Shown one piece after another: positions 50,527 through 64,000 of a DNA stretch of 64,000 nt. The notes below the pieces were generated by a model. The model saw nothing but the letters and a program-made list of their open reading frames with translations, made no database searches and was not told where the DNA came from. A program made the translations under genes and the position numbers. Origin of the DNA: Phoronis australis (Eukaryota; Animalia; Phoronida); the NCBI GenBank assembly GCA_002633005.1, contig NMRA01000317.1, forward strand, positions 169,300 through 233,299, written 5' to 3'. Within the stretch, counting starts at the first letter, position 1. The number at the start of each line of letters is the position of its first letter.

Positions 50527-52829
50527 TTGTCTCGACAAAGGAATTGGTCTAAAAGACCAGGAAAATTTCTCGAAAGACATTTTAATTTAACTAATTGCGC
50601 AAATCCTCTTTGGTACGAATAATTCCACCCAACACGCATGGTCGTAATTATCACGGATGTATACGACAGAACATGGACATTGATTTCATATTTCGTGACA
50701 GTTGTTAATCCATTAGGTAAGGTATCGACAAATGCGAATTACGTGTAGCGAATAGACCGGCAGTGAAAAAAAAATAATTGTAGCGACTATTTATAACGCA
50801 ATATCGTTTGATCTTTTATGGAAACAAATTGCCGAACACAGATTCCTTAGCCGCAATCAAATACTAATTGGAAACGGATTAGGTCTGTGTATACTCCATT
50901 TCTCTCTATTCACTATTCATGATTGTTATTTTGATCGGTCGGGTTCTGCTGAACTACCTTGGCGATTGCCCCGACTTAGCGGTTGTCACAACAAGAGAGA
51001 ACCACTGACACAAGCGATTACTTTTTATTTGATTAAGGATTTCTCAGTTAAGTGGTGAGTCTGTGTCAAAGCAGACACCATTGCTGACTATCAATATAAG
51101 GCGTTTTAGAAGAATAACACGAGTATACAAGCACCGGAATGGAATGGAGTTATGACTTTGACATCGAGGGAAAGAACAGCCAGTCGGAGGACAATTGGGG
51201 TCTCCCGATGGATATCCAAGCGAAAGTGCATTGCTAAGAGGGGGTCAGGAGTTATTCTAACCGTAGCATAACCTTTAGTTCAAAACAATAGCAACATTTT
51301 TGTCAAAACACATTGTATTGGAAAACCCCGTGAATGAATGAGTTCAGGAGTTAGACTCAATCCAGATTCCATTCTGAGAAATGTACATCCATATTTTTTG
51401 AAAAATTTATTATAGCCATGATAATACACACATTTCATAATGTGCAGCTTAACATGAACCAGCATTAAGTCATACTTGTAATCTATTTACCATTTGCAAG
51501 CCCAGTGAATGTACAATAACAATAAAAAGGACACTGATGAGTGAACATATACCATAGCAGGTAGACTATCACTTAGATTTCCAAAAACTAGTTATATTTA
51601 CACAATATTGTAATTCCACTGCCACACTGAAAACAAATAAGACTTATCTCCCCCATTTGTCCACAATTAACTGACATGTCGGCAAGTTGGACAGTATTAA
51701 TGAGAACATCTTGGACCACTATACATGGTATGTGGACCGGACTACTTCATGATCTGATGAATAAGGACAACGAGTATAAAGATGAACACAGACTGGATTG
51801 ACAACATTCAGAGGAATGTATTTCACTCATTGTTATTGAGGAACCCAGAGTTACAATCCATACCATAAGAATAGCATTCCTGTGACAGAGCAGATCACCT
51901 GGCAAATTTCCCGTGCCTTTTGGAAATTTTATAGAACAGTTAACATTCTACATTTTATACAAGGGACATCAATGAACCTGCATTTAGTAGTTAAGCACAT
52001 GCTCATTGTCATCACGAGTTTTTCTAATTTGAGAAAAGCTGAAAACTTTTAACAAAAATATATTGATGTGCACACATTTCAATAATTTTACAAATGCCAC
52101 TACAATGGTGAAATACAAATAATTCAGACTCCTAATGGTGAAATACAAAATGAGATATCCATAAAAGGTTTTTACAGCAAGTTTAATCAGAACAGCACAG
52201 TGACCTGACTAAGATATTAAGAGGTTCCTCACCAACAGATAAGATTGTAATTTAGTGCCACAGTAATCCAACAGTGAGCACCACTAAATTTTACTTTCAA
52301 GTGGTCATTGCCAGTATACCAAGGAAACAGCTGCCAAACAATAGTCTTACAGACAACCAACTAAATCTACACAAGTGACACACGCTGATAAAAAGCCATA
52401 CACATTTGTTCGCTAGAAATCCTATACAGCCTGAGTGTCATACACGTTTAGGGATGATTCCCTTTTCAATATACTGCAACTTATGGTACACCCAGTGACG
52501 TCTTGCAGTTATGTTGAATATGTTAAGATATACTCTTAAATACATAACTTATACCTCATAAAACTATCCTGCTGTCATCTGTGAGCTGGCTCATGTGAAG
52601 TTTACCATAACATCGACATGGTCATCCAAAGTGAGCTCTTCTAACATATGAGATACGAAAACAAAGCTGCACAATTGCAGCACCACCAATATCAAATATA
52701 TTTGGCATTCACGTAAAATTGTGCAACTTTTCAATTTGTTCCGTCTTATGTCTGAACTGCCACTCACCAGATGACAACAAAAATTGCTGGCTTTAATTTG
52801 GCATATCTTATAACATTCAATTTTTTTTA

Positions 52830-53134
52830 ACATGACGTTCCGACTGTTTTTAATGACCTTAATAGATAAATGCTCTAGTTGGCAGAAGACTGATCTCGCG
52901 TCAGGCGTCAGTTGAAGTGAAAGATGACCCCTTTAAGGATCTTCCCTTAAGATGTCTAAAGAGAGATGAAGTACCGGATATTTTCTTGTAATATTGACTT
53001 TTTGACGTGTGCTTTCCTTCCTGCCATGAGCTTGGGTCATTTTTCAAATCAACAGACACCTAACGCAAGATCAGCCTTCTGCCAATTAGAGCACTTATCT
53101 ATTAAGACCACTAAAAACAAATGGAGCGTCGTGT
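52830..53134. repeat. Long imperfect inverted repeat (~100-bp arms) downstream of the BCKDHB stop
   Basis: 52830-52930 is the imperfect reverse complement of 53034-53134. Confidence 0.85.
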
Positions 53135-53391
53135 CCAACTAAACTTGTCCCAAGGAAAATTTGCTGCCGAGATACTCTTGTTACATTCAATGTATAAAAA
53201 CAGTAAGTTCAGCCAAGAGACTGAAAAATGTGAAAGAGAAGGATAATCATCAAATTATGGCATTTCTGGTTATGCATTACAATGCCTATTGGTAGAAAAT
53301 TTGAGTTACAAGGAAACAAATCACCTGACAAGATAGGGCCCACTTGACTACACTTGCTTTATCTAACCAAAACCAGGAATAGGCAACTGTG

Positions 53392-63031
<9,640 letters not shown>

Positions 63032-63316
63032 CGTCGCTGTTTTCAGATGTGACAATTATTCCTTAAAGCAATAAAAATAACAAATAAACCTCATGTAATG
63101 AAGAATTGAATTTCAATTAATTTAAGTATAGTTGTTATTAAAATAATAAGTATATTTTTGAAATAGGAAAGAGAAAATCAAAAGCAACAAATAAACATCT
63201 GAGTGTATATTTGTTGTTGCTTGTGGCGGTGGAACATGCGACCTTGACCTCTTGGAAAAGGTTTGGTTGGAATTTGTTGTTAGTGTACTGGAAAAGTTAA
63301 AGGCTGTCTTATTTTC

Positions 63317-63560
63317 ATGAAGAGGTAAACGTGTCTTGAATCCGGGTCGTAAATGTCGACGCTGTAACTGATTGCTGTAAAACGTGTACCCGGTATCTTT
63401 AGTAATAGTTACACATTGACAACATTTTAGTGTTTATTAGGTTGAAGTCTCTGCAACTGATTGGTTTTTGCCTGGCAGGTCTGAGTTGGTCGGATATGGT
63501 GGTCCCTGATGCTGATTTAGGGAACCAGTTTCCTCCACTGAACTACGGGCATGTTATTCA
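63317..63560 (+). CDS. Probable first two exons of an unidentified gene divergent from BCKDHB (signal-peptide-like N-terminus)
   Basis: 63317-63324 (ATGAAGAG|GTAAAC) plus 63441-63560 (TTTATTAG| ... |GTAAGT) give MKRLKSLQLIGFCLAGLSWSDMVVPDADLGNQFPPLNYGHVI; the other two frames of exon 2 contain stops. Confidence 0.4.
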
Positions 63561-64000
63561 GTAAGTACCTGGTTCACTAAATCAGAGACCTCTATAAGGT
63601 GCTATATCCAACCAGTGCCTGATCCATCGGTTTGGTGACCGATGGTGAAAGTGAAAATGAAACCGTGACTGAGGACCTGAGGACTTTTTTACGACAGATT
63701 GGGGTTTTTAGTACTAGAGTCAAAAGTCCAAAACATTTGGCCAAAAGGCACATTGCCACTTGGCGAGTGCCTCTTACAGTCATCTGTTTGTACTCCATGC
63801 CCGGAAGTAACGCGATACACCAGTCCCTCACTTTAATTTCCACAGGCAGACAAACCTGGGTACAAAGCTCAGAAGCACCCTAGTGTCCTGTAATACGGCC
63901 TCATCAACACTCTCCTTATTGTGTTAAGGATCCATCACCATCAAGTCAGTGCCCTCTCCATCTGCCACTTAGAACAATATGTCTCGGGGGGGGGGGGGTT

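Overview
AT-rich, intron-rich animal (invertebrate-like) genomic DNA; the ORF track mostly shows exon fragments or noise. Five spliced genes were rebuilt by hand from GT-AG junctions and frame consistency: atypical PKC (PRKCI/aPKC, minus, running off the left edge), CAPZB (plus), EXOC8/Exo84 (minus, 16 coding exons), a UPF0488/C8orf33 homolog (plus) and BCKDHB (minus). There is also an unrecognised ~776-aa two-exon gene (minus) and the probable start of a further gene at the right edge. Three gene pairs are head-to-head. Introns hold many small mobile elements: a Kolobok-like TTAA element with a decayed THAP domain, a piggyBac-like MITE, Tc1/mariner-like MITEs and a Penelope GIY-YIG relic. The most striking feature is a complete 525-bp non-coding LTR mini-retrotransposon (TRIM) at 62114-62638. 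Each LTR carries a tRNA-like Pol III cassette, and it has a PBS, a PPT and a 4-bp TSD (Helenus-like), nested in a DNA MITE. Also notable are five tandem copies of a BCKDHB splice acceptor, candidate aPKC hinge cassette exons and a possible PB1-less aPKC isoform. Gene identities rest on recognising motifs from memory; no database search was run.
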